Shown: positions 12,439-25,623 of the stretch, piece by piece
How positions within the stretch are numbered: position 1 is the stretch's first letter
How the letters are laid out: each line of letters begins with the position of its first letter
Assembly (NCBI GenBank): GCA_001949185.1
Contig: BDGG01000002.1
Coordinates: 1,447,145 to 1,511,144, forward strand
Direction of reading: 5' to 3'
Length of the DNA: 64,000 bases
Source: Ramazzottius varieornatus
Taxonomy: Eukaryota; Animalia; Tardigrada
Notes under the pieces: model-generated
The model's database searches: none
What the model was told of the DNA's origin: nothing
Seen by the model: the letters and a program-made list of their open reading frames with translations, nothing else
Program-made: the position numbers and the translations under genes

Positions 12439-14665
12439 ATGCAAGAAGAATCCTCCGGTGAGGAAAAGGACAAAACGTTTCCCGTGTGGTATCCAGAAAG
12501 CCGTTGTGTCATTTGCACCGCGCTTGCTTCAGGTAAGGATGTTCTGGGAAAAAATTGCGTTGGTTTGAGAGAAATCATGCTGCGTTCCAGGGGTCCATTA
12601 TGGCGTTGTGTCTTGCGAAGGATGCAAGGTAGGAATTTGTCGTTCTTGGCAAGAACGAGTTTCATTATTTCTTTTCCGCATTGCGGTTTTCTTCACTGTT
12701 GTACTCTGCTTCAGGCTTTTTATCGGCGCTCTCGTAAGCACAGAATCAAATATGACTGTCGATTCGGTGGTCAATGCACGACTGGACCGCGGGCGAAAGG
12801 CAGGTGTCGCGCCTGCCGCTATCGGAGTTGCGTCAAGCATGGGATGAAGTTGAACAGTAGGACTTTTCCTTGTCAAATAACCTGCAGTTACGACTTAGCT
12901 GTTACACCGTAGGGCCTACAGCCATGCTGCTCTTTATCGGTCGTAGTCTTACACAGTTTTACTCTCGTCTCCAGCAACGACAATGGGAAGAGTTCCGCTG
13001 TGCAAACGCGACGTCAACCGAGCTCTATCCTGCCTAAGCCCTAAGAGAAAGTTGGCTTCAGCGTCCAATGAAGTTTGTTCTGCCACATCGAAATCGACTA
13101 CCGCGCCGCCCCTCTCTCGCGAGCCACACCAGACCGTTTCTCCGTCGACTGCGCCAAAGGATAAAACGATCACCGAAAATTTCACGGTCAGATTGGGAGA
13201 GCTAGTGTCAAACTTCCACCTTACCGTGTCAATAAAGCCGTGCGGCCCTACTCTGTGTGAAGCTGATACGAGGACAGCGCAGTCCCTCCGCCAAAAATCC
13301 GTGATACGCTTTGCCCCCAAATCCTATCAGTCATGCAGTTCGCCGGATGAAATACCGCGCATCGACCACGGCTCCTTCGTGGGCTCTGTAAATTTCAGGT
13401 TCGATACCTCGCTTTGGCTGGCACGTGAAGGACGGTTAGACCTTCGTATAGAAACAACAATCACGTCCATGATGCATCTAATGACCGAGGTCCACGAGAA
13501 CGACCGGAATACGTCTGTGGCTCCCCTGCATCATTGTATTCTACACGACTTGATCGCGGTAGGTTACGTAGTGTCAGTCTGCGCTGAGCCCTTTAGCTTT
13601 AGTAAACGCACGAAGGGACAGTTTGGAGCAGTAAAAAGTTTGGTTCAGACGGAAAAGACGGAAAAGACGGCAAAGTCAAAATTCAACAGTGGAAAACCGT
13701 CAAAAAGTGTATGGTGTGAACTGCACACGTACGTTCATACTGCATGTCCATCCGTTCCGCTGTTTTGGGATCGCCTGGTGACCTGGTCAGCTTTTTACCG
13801 CTCCAGACTTTCCCTTCGTGCGTGTGCGGAAATTAACATTACAATACTATAAGGTCATAGTCCTTTTTCTAGTGTCAACCGAAAGGTTCCTTACAAGACT
13901 GCATCGACAACATAGTACACCGAGCTTCGACGGTTGTGCAAAAGTACTGCAGGTGGGCCCATGGACTACCCGGCTACGCCCTTTTCAGCACAGCGGACCA
14001 GCAAGCCATAGTTTTCGAGAACTGCATGTCTTCCTGGCTGGTAAGGTTGTCACTCGATGTAACGAGCCAACATCCGTCGTCTGCATATGTTACTTGAACT
14101 CAAAGACCAGTTTTCTACAGATTACCCACCAGAGATATTTTCGAAACCCCAGAGGCCATTGTCTCATCGGACCCTTGCAAACGCACCAGTGTGTTTACTG
14201 GATTCATCATCCTCTGGACCCAACGTATCTGCGAGCACTTTCGACATGTACCGCTGTCTTGAACAGACTGCATCTGAGTCGACTGGAAGCCTTTTTTCTG
14301 TTGGCGATTACAATGTTCACTCCAGGTATGGTAAAAAAGACCCCGCGGGTCATCTTACCGTTACGCCACTTGTATGAGAACAAGAGCTCTTTTATCTTCT
14401 TCAAGGTTCCGTCAAGGTCGCGAATAAAGCTCACATGTCGTTCTTGCATTCCCATTACTCGGACTGCCTCCGATATTTACTCCGTTCCGACCGACAAGGC
14501 ATTTTTCAAGCAAGTCTGCAGTTTGAAGAACAAGTACTTGAAGCTGTTGATGTGATCCGAAACTTCGACGAGACCACGAGAGACTATGTGCGAACACTTA
14601 ATTTGACAAAGACTTCGGCAAGACCCGGGGAAGAATCGCTACCGGTACGAGGGAGCGGTTGTTGA
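12439..14665 (+). CDS. Nuclear hormone receptor (C4 zinc-finger DBD plus divergent LBD), about 7 coding exons
   Basis: Spliced DBD CVICTALASG|VHYGVVSCEGCK|AFYRRS...CRFGGQC...CRACRYRSC, with introns 12533-12590 and 12629-12714. LBD signature RWAHGLPGYALFSTADQQAI near 13950-14010. Stop at 14665. Confidence 0.88.
13605..13824. mobile_element. 220-bp MITE of the pogo-like family inside a nuclear receptor intron
   Basis: TIRs ACGCACGAAGGGACAGTTTGGAGCAGTAAAAAG and CTTTTTACCGCTCCAGACTTTCCCTTCGTGCGT; closely matches the reverse complement of 3790-3838. Confidence 0.8.
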
Positions 14666-14686
14666 GTTAGCCGGCCTAGACCGAGG

Positions 14687-14736
14687 NNNNNNNNNNNNNN
14701 NNNNNNNNNNNNNNNNNNNNNNNNNNNNNNNNNNNN
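14687..14736. other. Assembly gap (50 N)
   Basis: Run of N characters. Confidence 1.
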
Positions 14737-15128
14737 CTCCCTCGTACCTGCATCTGTTTTGTACATCATGAACGGCTATGCAGGAACTATACACCTGCGT
14801 GATTGCCTGAGTGCCCAATTCACGAGCTTTCAATTCACGGGGTTTCAAAGCGTTGCATGATTCATTTATATAGAAAGCTAACTTTTCGGAGTGCTTTCCA
14901 CTTTGACCACAGTATAAAGTGCGATTTCTTGCCCAGAAGGGACAGTACTTTCTCTGGATGCTCAAACATGAATGGAAAACCCCGGTCGAGGTTTGTCTGT
15001 TTGAAATGAATCGAAAAATAATGCGCCCACCGATCGAGTAAGCGCTCCAACACGTCCAAGAAACGCCTGTTCTGAGGCCCTTCGGTGAAACTCAGCCAAT
15101 AAGTTCAAATTTGGGCCGCAGTGATTTA

Positions 15129-15640
15129 AGGTTGTAGATTCTTAATTCTATTCCTTTCCAAATTCCTTGGAATTCCTGATTTTTTATCTTCTTCCAATGG
15201 CCCCCATTTAGAACACTGGAATTTCTGTTTGGAATTGGAAAACTGGAAAAATTGCGCAAAATCTAGGAATCCCAGTGGTCGAAAGGGCGGAAATTTATGT
15301 GATGCAGTTATCCAACCGAACCTGACACGAGGTTTCATCTGCACATTGTTAATCACGCAATCAAACAACCCTTCCTAGTTTGTTCAAACGGGATAAATGT
15401 ACCCAGACGCGCGATTTTGCATGGTGGTTTCACCCGGAACAGGTACTGCAATGACTAGGTTACAGCTTCAGGGTTACTGTTTTTTCCAGCCCAAAGTGCG
15501 AATTTCACGACAAACTAACCTCTAAACGGAATTTAGGAATTCCAGCTACACTTGACGCTTTGGAAAAGGAAAATAGAAATTTTTGAAATATAAGAAATTC
15601 CTTTCCACTCCAATGACCTCTGGCCTGGAATTTACAACCT
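15129..15640. mobile_element. ~510-bp MITE
   Basis: Termini AGGTTGTAGATTC and GAATTTACAACCT (12/13 inverted match), TA flanks, GGAATT-rich interior. Confidence 0.6.
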
Positions 15641-15779
15641 TACCGCCAATCACGCCATCAAAGCTCCACAAATACCATGTGACCTAGAGGTCTGTGTCAC
15701 GTGCACCTCAATCAATCCTACACCCAGTCCACCGGGCACGCCACCAACAACACACCCTCATGCTTGCTGAAGTACCAGA

Positions 15780-16000
15780 CTGCCTGGTCAACACATTGTC
15801 GTCCACTTTCGATTTCAGTCTTCCGTAAGGGTAACTTTCGAATGAAAAACCCCCCAGAACGAAACCAATCAATCCGATCTCCGACGGTAAAACTGTTAGG
15901 TGTTTCATCATCAAACACAGATCTGATTTTGTCAGCGGTGCGAGATGCGTTCGTGCCTCGATAAAACTCAAACACCAAATTCCCTGAAATTTCACTTATG
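15780..16000 (-). mobile_element. Mariner transposase remnant (N-terminal HTH)
   Basis: LVFEFYRGTNASRTADKIRSVFDDETPNSFTVGDRIDWFRSG resembles the Mos1/SETMAR-type HTH. A possible C-terminal remnant (LERLLDRW) lies near 15030-15060, beyond the MITE. Confidence 0.7.
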
Positions 16001-16864
16001 CATGACTCCGTCGAAATAATTCCTGGCGTACTCCAGAGCTGCGAAACCTGAATCAATGGAATGTCAAACAAGGGACGGGAGTAGACTGACAGAAGAAAAT
16101 TTCTGGAACGAAGGGACGAGGGGGAGCAGAACTATGAGTTTTCGAAGTCGAGGTACATTGCGGGGGAAAAGTCATACTTCCGTACTCAATAAGAACGAAA
16201 TCAAATGGTCGACTAGCGAATCTAGCCGACAGAGAAAAAAGCGACGAGTTCTGCTCAGAACCAAGAAAGACTAGAACATTTCTCCTCAAGAAAGACCGTT
16301 GACGTTCTGGGAGACGCAGGGATGACAACCAGCGACGCAGCAGCAGTCCGTTTGTGGAACTGTCCTCCGGAGAAGGTGATTTGTTTTTTGCGACGACTGT
16401 CACACAGGATATGGGCCCTGAAGTTAATTCACCAGCATGTCCGGTGGAATGGGAATCTAGGCCTTCTCAGTCTCCAAGAACAGCCTTTGGAAACAGCCTC
16501 CAAGAGTAAACTGGTTGCGCACTAAAGAAGTGGGAAGTCGGAAAAAGATTTCACCCAGGTCGAAATTCAAGTGGTGTACAGTTTCATTGTTGCCGGAAAA
16601 AACTTCCGGCTTGAGTGCCGAGCCTGCCAACTTCAAATGTACGCTTATCTGAATGTTCCCTAGATCCTCGTGTAAAAAAAAGGGCCAAGAAGGCGCCATG
16701 ACCAGAAGCGCCATTTAGCAAAAACCAGCGTCAATTGTGTTAATTATATATGCATTACTATGTAATATATATATATATATATATTTAAAACAACCCACCC
16801 CGTCTTACCCAGTACGGTACGTGCAGCAAAGTGTACAAAAAGGTCTACCATAAGACAAGCCATC

Positions 16865-19800
16865 TCAAAATAACTCATATATGTTTGGAAAGAGAACAGG
16901 TATTTGATCGCGAAAATGCTGAGCTACATGTGGCCATGACAGGTCTTCGGCCAACTTGCACAATCGGCCATAGCCCGTCGTCGTCTTCTTGTCCAGGTCC
17001 ATGTGCTGCCAGGCATACTTGAAGGCTCGTCCTAACTGTCCCCGCTTGGTGTACAAGTGAGACAACACTTCTGCCAAACGAGCGTCAGTTTTGCCGTCCA
17101 CAAGCCGCTGCAGTTGCTTCACCGTCTCGGCCACTTCTTCCCTGGACGAAGATTCCGGGCTGTCCGAGTGGAGCAGTACCAGGCACTTCTGGTACAGTGC
17201 TTCGATCCGGGCGGTCTTGCGGAGATCGAGAAGGGGCTTCTCTTCGTCCTTCAGTGTCTCAGCCTGCGTACCTACAGAAGACCATCTCTGTTATTTCCGT
17301 TCAGTTTGCTTGGAAGCTCGGCAAAGGAGCCGGACAAGACAGCTTTTCCAAGCGGCGCATGTTCTCAGTGTACTGGAATCGAACTGCGCACCACTTGAAC
17401 AGAACGATCTCGCCGAGTTTATTGGTTGTTCTAGGTGGCGCACTGTTTCGGTCTTACTGGCTGACAATGTGCGTCACTTTAGAAAAAAATGATCTTGGCG
17501 ACTCTGTCAAATTGTCATTGTTTGTCGCACTCTCATCTCAGTTTACTTTATTATATTCATCGTAAATTACCAATGAAAGCGAGGACGTCCCGTTCGTCGA
17601 CCAGGTCGGACTTCAGTATCACATTGCACTGCGAAAGAATGTTTGCCCGCATTTCATCGCCGCCTTCCGGCTTGATACTCTTCCGTGCCGTGTCAAACGC
17701 TTTGGTCAAGGCTGTCAAGTAGGCAAGCTGGACCTTCAGTAGTTGCACAGGTCCTTTAGCTTCGTCCACGAAAGTCTGGTAGACTTCGGCGCGCTTTATT
17801 CTATCCGTCAATTTCTCCAGCAAGCCGATCTGAAAACAATACACAGCTACTCAGAATTCCCTAAAGATGGACACTTCGAATGTTATCTTAACTGATGGTT
17901 CAAAATAGGGTCTTCAAGGGTATCTTTGGTCTTGTCTTCTTCTGCCTTCTTGTTGTCCGATGGGGGTTCCTCCGAAGTAGTTGCGAGACCAACTGAAACA
18001 TCGGACTTGGATGTGGCAACGCTGGACTGAGGCTTCGTAGCACCGGAACCTTTGGCTTTGCCCTTCCCAGGTTCGGACAAGACGTACTTGAGCTTGTAAG
18101 CGCCAGCGTTGCGTCGGGCATCGGCTGGTTGGTCACGAGCTGTGGCAAAGTATAACCATCCATCCAAGACGTACCCACCGTGGGGTTTGCTACCAAGTTT
18201 CTCCAAGGAGGGCGGTACGAGAAAACAGTGCGTCGACTGTCCACCTTCAGGAAAAGAACGCATATGTATTTGGCGTCAGATGAAAGTTTTCAATTGGGAA
18301 ATTGGTATGAAACTGTTCCGGTTCCTCAAGCACCTGCATACAGCAACCCCACATTTTATCGTTGATCCGTGTATGCAGGTGTGCAAACAACGTCGCCTGT
18401 AGTCTGCCAACGTCCCGTTTTGACATGTGAAAAACTCAGGGATAAAGAAAACGCTTCTAGAGTGGGAAAAACACCCACCGGAAAGTACGGTGGGCTTGAT
18501 TTTATCTTCAGCGCCACGTAAAGCTGCCAAGTAGCTGGGAACGATGTCGAACGACAGCGGGGTCGACAGTTTCTTCCGAAGGTACAAGACACAGTCTTGA
18601 AAGCTTTCGAGAATCTTCCGGTTATCATGTCGTAGTTGCAGGTGTATCGTATACTCACCTGCAAGCATAAAAACCGGAAAAGGTGAAAAAATGTCCAACA
18701 ATGCCGTTTACAACCAGGGAGTCGATACCTTTGGTGAGTTTAGCTGTAAAATCGATCTTGCGCATGACGCGCGCTTCGCCACACCGTAACAGCCTCTTAT
18801 TACTGTCATAAAGCTTCCACATCTGCCCTTCGATCTCATTCTCGTAAAGAAAGTCCAGCAGCACCGGACACGTCACTTCCACCGTCGCATTCTTGTCCAC
18901 CTTGAAGCTGTACTGAAGAACCAGCTGCAAGGTGATGCGTCCATCCGGCCAAGTGTCCCGTGGGAAAGGAAGAGCGGACAGCGCGAACTCTGTAGGCCGG
19001 ATTGGTTGGATCAGATGGGTCAACTACAAACCACAACAATCAGCCAACTCACTCAAGTTCAACTGACCATAGTTGATGTAAAACAAGCAACCTCGCACTG
19101 AACAAACGGCCACGTACCCGTACCTGCATACGCTCACGAGTACTTGTTTCATGATACACATGTATGCAGGTACATGAAATTCGGTTCCAACAAGCACACT
19201 GCTTCACGATAACCCACATACAACCAGCGGTACAATTACCATGCTGTATGCGGACTCATGAGATAGTGGAAATTCTGCGCGTGATTCTCCCGTTCACCGT
19301 CTGCAGAATTTTCGCTTATTTCTGTGAAAAAACTTACGGTGGTGGAGGGTTGCCAAAACTCGCTCCGGCACCCCGTGTCGACATCGAGCCGATAGTAGGC
19401 TTCGCCTTCTTGGTACACAATCTCGGGGACCGTGGGTTTCAGCCCGTGGAAATCCAGAGTCCAGTTCAGGCTGACGGAGGCTGCGCGGTTCCAGAAGAGC
19501 GAGATGGCTAGTTCGAGGACCCCGAGCCGGTCCGAGATGGGAAAGCACGCGGATACCAGGCGTTTGACGGGCAGCGCCGTGGCCTCCTTGAACATGTGTC
19601 GCTTGTACTGGGCATCATCGGCCAGCTGCATGGCGTGGTACTCAAAGTTCATAATGGAAGAGGCTTCTTTGGTTTGCGAAGAAGCACCAGCGTCTTCTTC
19701 AAAAGTGTCAGTAACCTGTAAACATAAAAGAACAGGATGTGGATTTCAAGTTATCGTCTTATATGATCTACGACAACACTGAAAACGTGCGCCAGTTGCA

Positions 19801-22800
19801 AAACGAAACACTCTGCACAAGATCGTTTTCTCAAGTGGCGCACGCTTTCTGGCTACAACAACGAGAGCGTCCACTACTTGGGGAAATAATTTTTCGAGTT
19901 ACTCTGCCGAGCTTCCATTTGATTCTCAAGTCAGTGATCACGAAACTTGATAACAGAAAAATTGTCCAATCCGTTATTCGACGAGAAAATTCATGCTTAC
20001 TTCAAGACGCCATTCCGCCCAGGTAGCGCCTTGCGGTACCGTTAAGTACCTGCGTACAGCGTGACCCGGTCGGAACGGCTCACCGGCTCGCTCGACACTC
20101 CATTCGGTCCCTCTTTCCGGTAAGCATACGGTTATTGGCACCATAAAGACATACCCTTCAAAAGAAATCCATCAAAATCCAAGAACATAGTTGGTGCTCT
20201 GCTGAGTTTCGATCTATACCTTTGTCGGGTTTGCTGGCATCAAAGCCATAGACAGCCGCGAAGTGGCAACCAGGTTTCAGTCGCGATGCCCGGACTTCCA
20301 CCTTGAAGGCTTTGTCACCAGTGGACAGTGAAAGACATTCCGCACAGCGAACCCACTCCTCGGAGGCAGTCAGCGTAACGGCCATGTGAAACTTGGGCAT
20401 GTCCTGGTACAGCTCCATCTTCTTCTTGGGGAATGAGACTTGGACAGTCACGGTGTAGATTGAGTCTTGTGAGAGATGCGGTTGTCGACGGATGTAGATC
20501 CCGCCTCCGCTACTTCCCACTTTCACACTGAAACCATCCCAGTTTAGTTGGCGTAAACCCACAGCTCGGCTACAATACTCACATTTCCGATCCTGCATAC
20601 AGTTCGTAAAGAAATTAATGTGTTGACGTGTATGCAAGTACACGCCAGCCCAGCTCTCGACAACCATCTCGCACCCGCCTACAAGTTACTGTGGGATCGT
20701 ATCACAAACCTGTATGCAGGAAGACAATGGACCAATTTGGCACATCAATCACACACCAGCATTCCAGAACCCAGTTTGAATCATGCATTGCCGTGTATTC
20801 AGGTGTGTGACCGGTTTTCAGAGTTCTGAGTTCACCTGATATCGACATCGCGTTCCATCTCCTCCGCGTAATTCACCAGCCAGTTGAAGGCTTCCTGGCA
20901 CTGGACGATGCCTGCTCCGTGGGCCATCCGAGCATCACACGAAGTGTCCAGCTTCTTGGCCGTGTTCTCAAGAGCTCGTCGGACATGGAAGGCCGACCAG
21001 GGAAGCTTCTTGGCGCGAAGACCCGAAAGGATAGTGGTGATGGCTCCGCAAGCGTTCGGGGAGGCCATGGAGGTCCCGTTCATCAGCGTGCTGTTCTGCA
21101 AAGTGTAGGTCGGGATGGAAGCGATAGCACCACCAGGAGCGCATATGTTCACTCCGATATCGCCATTTAGCGCCGGACCGCGACTGGTCCAGTTGAACAT
21201 TTGCGAAGGATGGCGGTACGACATTCCGTAGATTTCCTTCATCATGTCCGCAGTCACCAGCGCACCTGCAGAAAAAAATACTCCACAGGAAGTCTCTCCG
21301 GTTTGAACATAGGACGCGGTGAGATGAACCGAACCAGATCACAAGTCGCAAGTGGCGCAAACTCTCAGTTGATAAGAATGAAAACCCGCTCCACTTCAAA
21401 TGACGGTTTGAATGAATTTTTATGCCGGCGTCCACAACTTAATTTCATTTCTCTTGAGAAATCTTAAAATGTGTGTGCTTCAGTATCCTGTGATTTTCGA
21501 GACCGGCGTCTCAAATTCCGGAAAAAAAGCCAAACTTACAAATTTCAGAGAAAAGACAATACATTTCACCTTTTCCAGAAGTTATTTCACTGACGAATTC
21601 TCTGTACAAAACCTTGACTGCAATTGATCGCTCACCGATGCCTAAAGTATAAGGTGAAGCTGGTAGCGACCCAACGGTACTAAAACCAGGCCCCGCATTT
21701 CCTGCAGCCACGCAGACGACGATGCCGTACTCCTTCACGGCAATCTCAATGGCTTCAAAGACCCTTCCGCCGTTGCTCCAGTTGTACGGTTCGTTGTACG
21801 AGATATTTACTACAAACCGATCTCTGGTTACTACAAGTACTAATACTGTCATACGTAATATACGGAAGGGAAAACCTCACCGATATCGACTTGGTTCTTC
21901 ATACAGTACAAGAACGCTCTTACGAGCGACGTTCCTGTCTCGTTACTGCCGTCCAACAGCGTATGCCCAATCTTAATCGAGACGATCTGACAACCAGGAG
22001 CTAAGCCATTCCGCTCGGGAGCCTCGGGGAAGCAGCCCGCCGCGATGCATGCCACGTGAGTACCGTGCTCTTGTGGCACGACGAACTCGATGCGGTTACC
22101 TTCTTCATGGATGTTGATGGTGTAATTCAACTGGTAAATTCCCCCTGCAAAATACATCCTCGTTATGAATACAAGATTTATGCATGATGGTAGTATAGAG
22201 ACTAACCAATGGTTCCGTACTTGCGCTGATCACAATAGTTCGTGAGAAGAGTGGCTTGAGAGAGATCGCCGGACTCGAGTGTGTCTACAGCTGCCCACCA
22301 TTGTTGGCCATCGTGAAAGACCACGACGTCCATCACTGGACCCAAGTCTTCGTACTTTTCGTCCAGCATCTTCAGGACTTCTTGCTGTGCTTCCCGTTCC
22401 TCCTTCGCCATTTCTGTCTGCAAGAAAAGCCAACAGTCACACAAGGAAAAAATCATAGATCGATTCGGAGCAGCAGTTGACAACGGTTATCTACGCTTGA
22501 TTAGCTGATAAACTCCATGCTGGTGCATGACGCGGTAACAACAATGGGACTAGTGGGTGGGGCCATGCACGAGCGGACAACTGGTGCGATGCACCTACTA
22601 GCCTGCCATAACGTTGGCGACATCATTGAGACGGGTCAGCAACTCAGCATTTCAACCAATCACAGACTTCGAATTTCATGGTTGATTCAACGTCCGAAAA
22701 GTGTTACTCAGTACTGGAATCTTATTACCGTGGCATCACCAGACGGAGATTTATTGAGCGCTGCCGCTGTAACTTCAGCGTGCTTGGGCGTCCATCGCTG

Positions 22801-23333
22801 GAGCTTCCGTGCGGTTTGCCAAGCGCCGTGAAAGTCCTGGCTGACGACAGAGAAGAGTTTGATAAGGCCGAGATGCCATTTCGATGTGGGGTTCTTCCAG
22901 GTGGACTGAATGACCAATTTCCGACCAGAAATTCCCTTCAGACATCCTTCGCTATCTAGCTCAGCCGTCGTAGATGTATCGATGTCCCCAGCGCCCGAGG
23001 CATCATGAATGTCCACAATCTTGGGTAGACCGGTGCTTGTGACCTAAGAAAACGAAGTGGAAAAAACAGCTAAGCACATAAATTGACATTTTAACGCAGA
23101 AATTAATCCACACCTGTAGACCTTCGGCGCCAGGATCGACTCCGCTATCAAAGATGGCCATTTTGATTCCTGAAATACGTGCAGACTGACAATCGACACA
23201 GTTCGTGACGGGAAAAAACAGTAAAGCTGATCTTACCCCGTCCATCATAATCGGGATATTTTCGCAGAAAATCAAAGGCGCCTGTTTCACGCTTGGGTAT
23301 CAGACCTTCGAAGGGATATAACCCGGCCTCCAT
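16865..23333 (-). CDS. TPP2: Tripeptidyl-peptidase II (subtilase S8), multi-exon
   Basis: N-terminus [15 protein letters not shown]; catalytic triad motifs [21 protein letters not shown] and [13 protein letters not shown]; C-terminus FPNIYELF. Confidence 0.96.
17312..17510. repeat. Palindromic repeat family, two-unit copy in a TPP2 intron
   Basis: Cores at 17350 and 17433 (83-bp period), each with a 25-nt spacer. Confidence 0.8.
19740..19916. repeat. Palindromic repeat family, 1.5-2 unit copy in a TPP2 intron
   Basis: GTGCGCCAGTT at 19787, AAGTGGCGCAC at 19833, right arm ending TGCCGAGCTTCC. Confidence 0.75.
21325..21435. repeat. Palindromic repeat family, degenerate copy in a TPP2 intron
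   Basis: AAGTGGCGCAA at 21350, 25-nt spacer, then CCGCTCCACTT. Confidence 0.6.
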
Positions 23334-24028
23334 GCTCTAGGATTTCACGATATTTTTCACAACAGACCGTCAGTGATGCTTTTCGATCTCCGCGATGGCA
23401 GTATGTCAACGACGGACGATGAGAGAGGATTCAGAGGAAGGCTGGAAACGGCAAAAAAATGATTTCTTGAAAAATTCGAAATTAGAATTCAGATTTCAGA
23501 AGGCAAGACTCGGTCCTGGCAAGTGGAGAGTGGAGACTAAGCTTAGCCAGATCAGAGTGCCTCACACTTCGCAAACTCGCGTTTGGAGATGGACGTCAAG
23601 TGTACACTGTACAGCACGATCCAATCAATCATGGGGATATGCCCGTCTCCACTCTCCAGTCCAGTCTCCACTTGCAATACCAGGTTCAATACTTCTTTTA
23701 TCCGTCCTGGAACCGGAAGAGACGCTTCACAAAGAGTCATCTGACGCATCGCAGAGAACGTAAGAAAATTGGAAGAAGAAGGTAGCTGGATGTTAATTAT
23801 CGATTGCACTTTGGAGTTTGGACCAGTGAGTCAGTGACACTTCCATGCCTGCCTAACTCAACCAGTGGAACGCCGCGGGGCAACCCGGGTATTCTGTTGA
23901 GATGAGTTGCACTTTCAGCCTTTCTAATGCTCTGATCCGTTCTCATCGGTCCCTACTCAAACTCTTTACCACTGAGGAACATCAAATTGCAGGTGATGCT
24001 GGCCGCAACAACGCAAGAAAGCACCACC

Positions 24029-25292
24029 ATGCCGTCGGGAGCGACGCTATCGTTGGAGATCGGCGCAGCCCTGGTCGTGGCGGTTGGGGTCGTCTACTTC
24101 GTCACCCGATTTCTTCGTACGCCTCGTTCGGTAGTCAGTGCGCCTGGTAAGCCTGTCCTCACTTTGACGGATCCAGACGCCAAGGTTGCCTTCCCGTTGA
24201 TCAAGAGTACGCAGATTAGTCACGATACACGCATCTTTCGTTTCGCGCTCCCTTCCAGCGAGCATGTCTTGGGCCTTCCTATCGGACAGCATATTTACCT
24301 GTCGGCCAGCGTAGACGGCAAGATGGTCGTCCGACCGTACACTCCAATCTCCAGCGACGACGACAAAGGTACGGCTGAAATCTGGCGTGATACACTGCTA
24401 GGAAGGAACGGTTTGCAACAAATTTAGTGTCAGATGTTCAATCAACAGACAATCACCTGGTTTGCCGTTTCCGGCCGGTGGCGTCACGGATTCTGTTTCT
24501 ATCTCTTGTTGCGTGCTTTAGGTTGTATGACGTCATCGCACTTTGTTTGGTTGGCGTTGATTGCTCTGTTGATAGGCCATGTGGATCTGCTGGTCAAAGT
24601 CTACTTTGCCAACACTCATCCCAAGTATCCGGAGGGTGGCAAGATGTCCCAGTACCTGGAAAAGATGAACGTGGGACAGAGTATTGATTTTCGCGGACCA
24701 AATGGCTTGCTGGTGTATCAAGGCAGAGGCAAGTTCGCCATCAAACCTGACAAGAAAAGTCCTCCGAGAATCAAAGCTGTGAAATCAGTCGGTAAGAATT
24801 CTTTCTGAAAATCCGTCTGAACTGCGTACTAAAGGGCTCTGTTCAATTTTAGGAATGATTGCTGGAGGCACTGGTATAACGCCAATGGTACGAAGACGAT
24901 TAAACTGGATAATGGAATTTTTGAGGTAGTTATTGAATATTTTTCAGATGCAAATTATTCGCCACGTTTTCAAAGATCCGGAAGACGACACTAAGCTTCA
25001 CCTTCTGTTCGCCAACCAGACCGAAGACGACATCCTTTTAAGGAAAGAGTTAGAAGCCTTGGCGGATGAGCATCCTGACCAGCTGAAGGTTTGGTTTACA
25101 GTGGACCGGAAGCCACCGAACTGGCGCTACAGTGAGGGCTTCGTCAACGAGGAAATGCTCCGCGAGCACCTACCTACACCTGGTCCAGATGTCCTGATAT
25201 TGATGTGTGGACCCCCGCCTATGATCCAGTTCGCATGTAATCCAAACTTGGATAAAGTGGGCTTCTCGCAGCAAGAACGCTTCGCGTTTTGA
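24029..25292 (+). CDS. NADH-cytochrome b5 reductase (CYB5R3-like), N-terminal membrane anchor; start may extend upstream
   Basis: [72 protein letters not shown]. Head-to-head with TPP2. Confidence 0.95.
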
Positions 25293-25623
25293 AAGTACTT
25301 AACTGCGAGTGAGGATGATTGATGGAATGAACACCAAGTGCCGCTTTCTTCGTAGAGGACTTTTCAGGTTTATTCGATTTTATCCATTTTATTTTCTTGC
25401 GCTTTCCCCATCTGTTTTGTGCGCTCAAAGAAGAAGCATCGTACAAGGGAATATTCGTAAAAATATGAGGCAGAGAAAATAAATCATCCAAAAGTGAGAA
25501 GTTCATTGAAACTTCGAACAAAAGCGATGCTGATTTGAAACAGCCATTCCTCTTGATAAAGCATGCGAATTTATGATAGGTAAGGTAACGAGCAGGAGAA
25601 GCCTTTCCGAACTGAAAACCGAA

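Noticed and set aside
16740-16790. (TA)n tract
   Set aside because: Ordinary microsatellite just downstream of TPP2.
17312-17510. Repeat-spacer-repeat pattern as a CRISPR array or integron attC sites
   Set aside because: The repeats are inverted, come as only 1-2 units per locus, have spacers sharing a weak consensus, sit in spliceosomal introns, and have no cas or integrase gene nearby.
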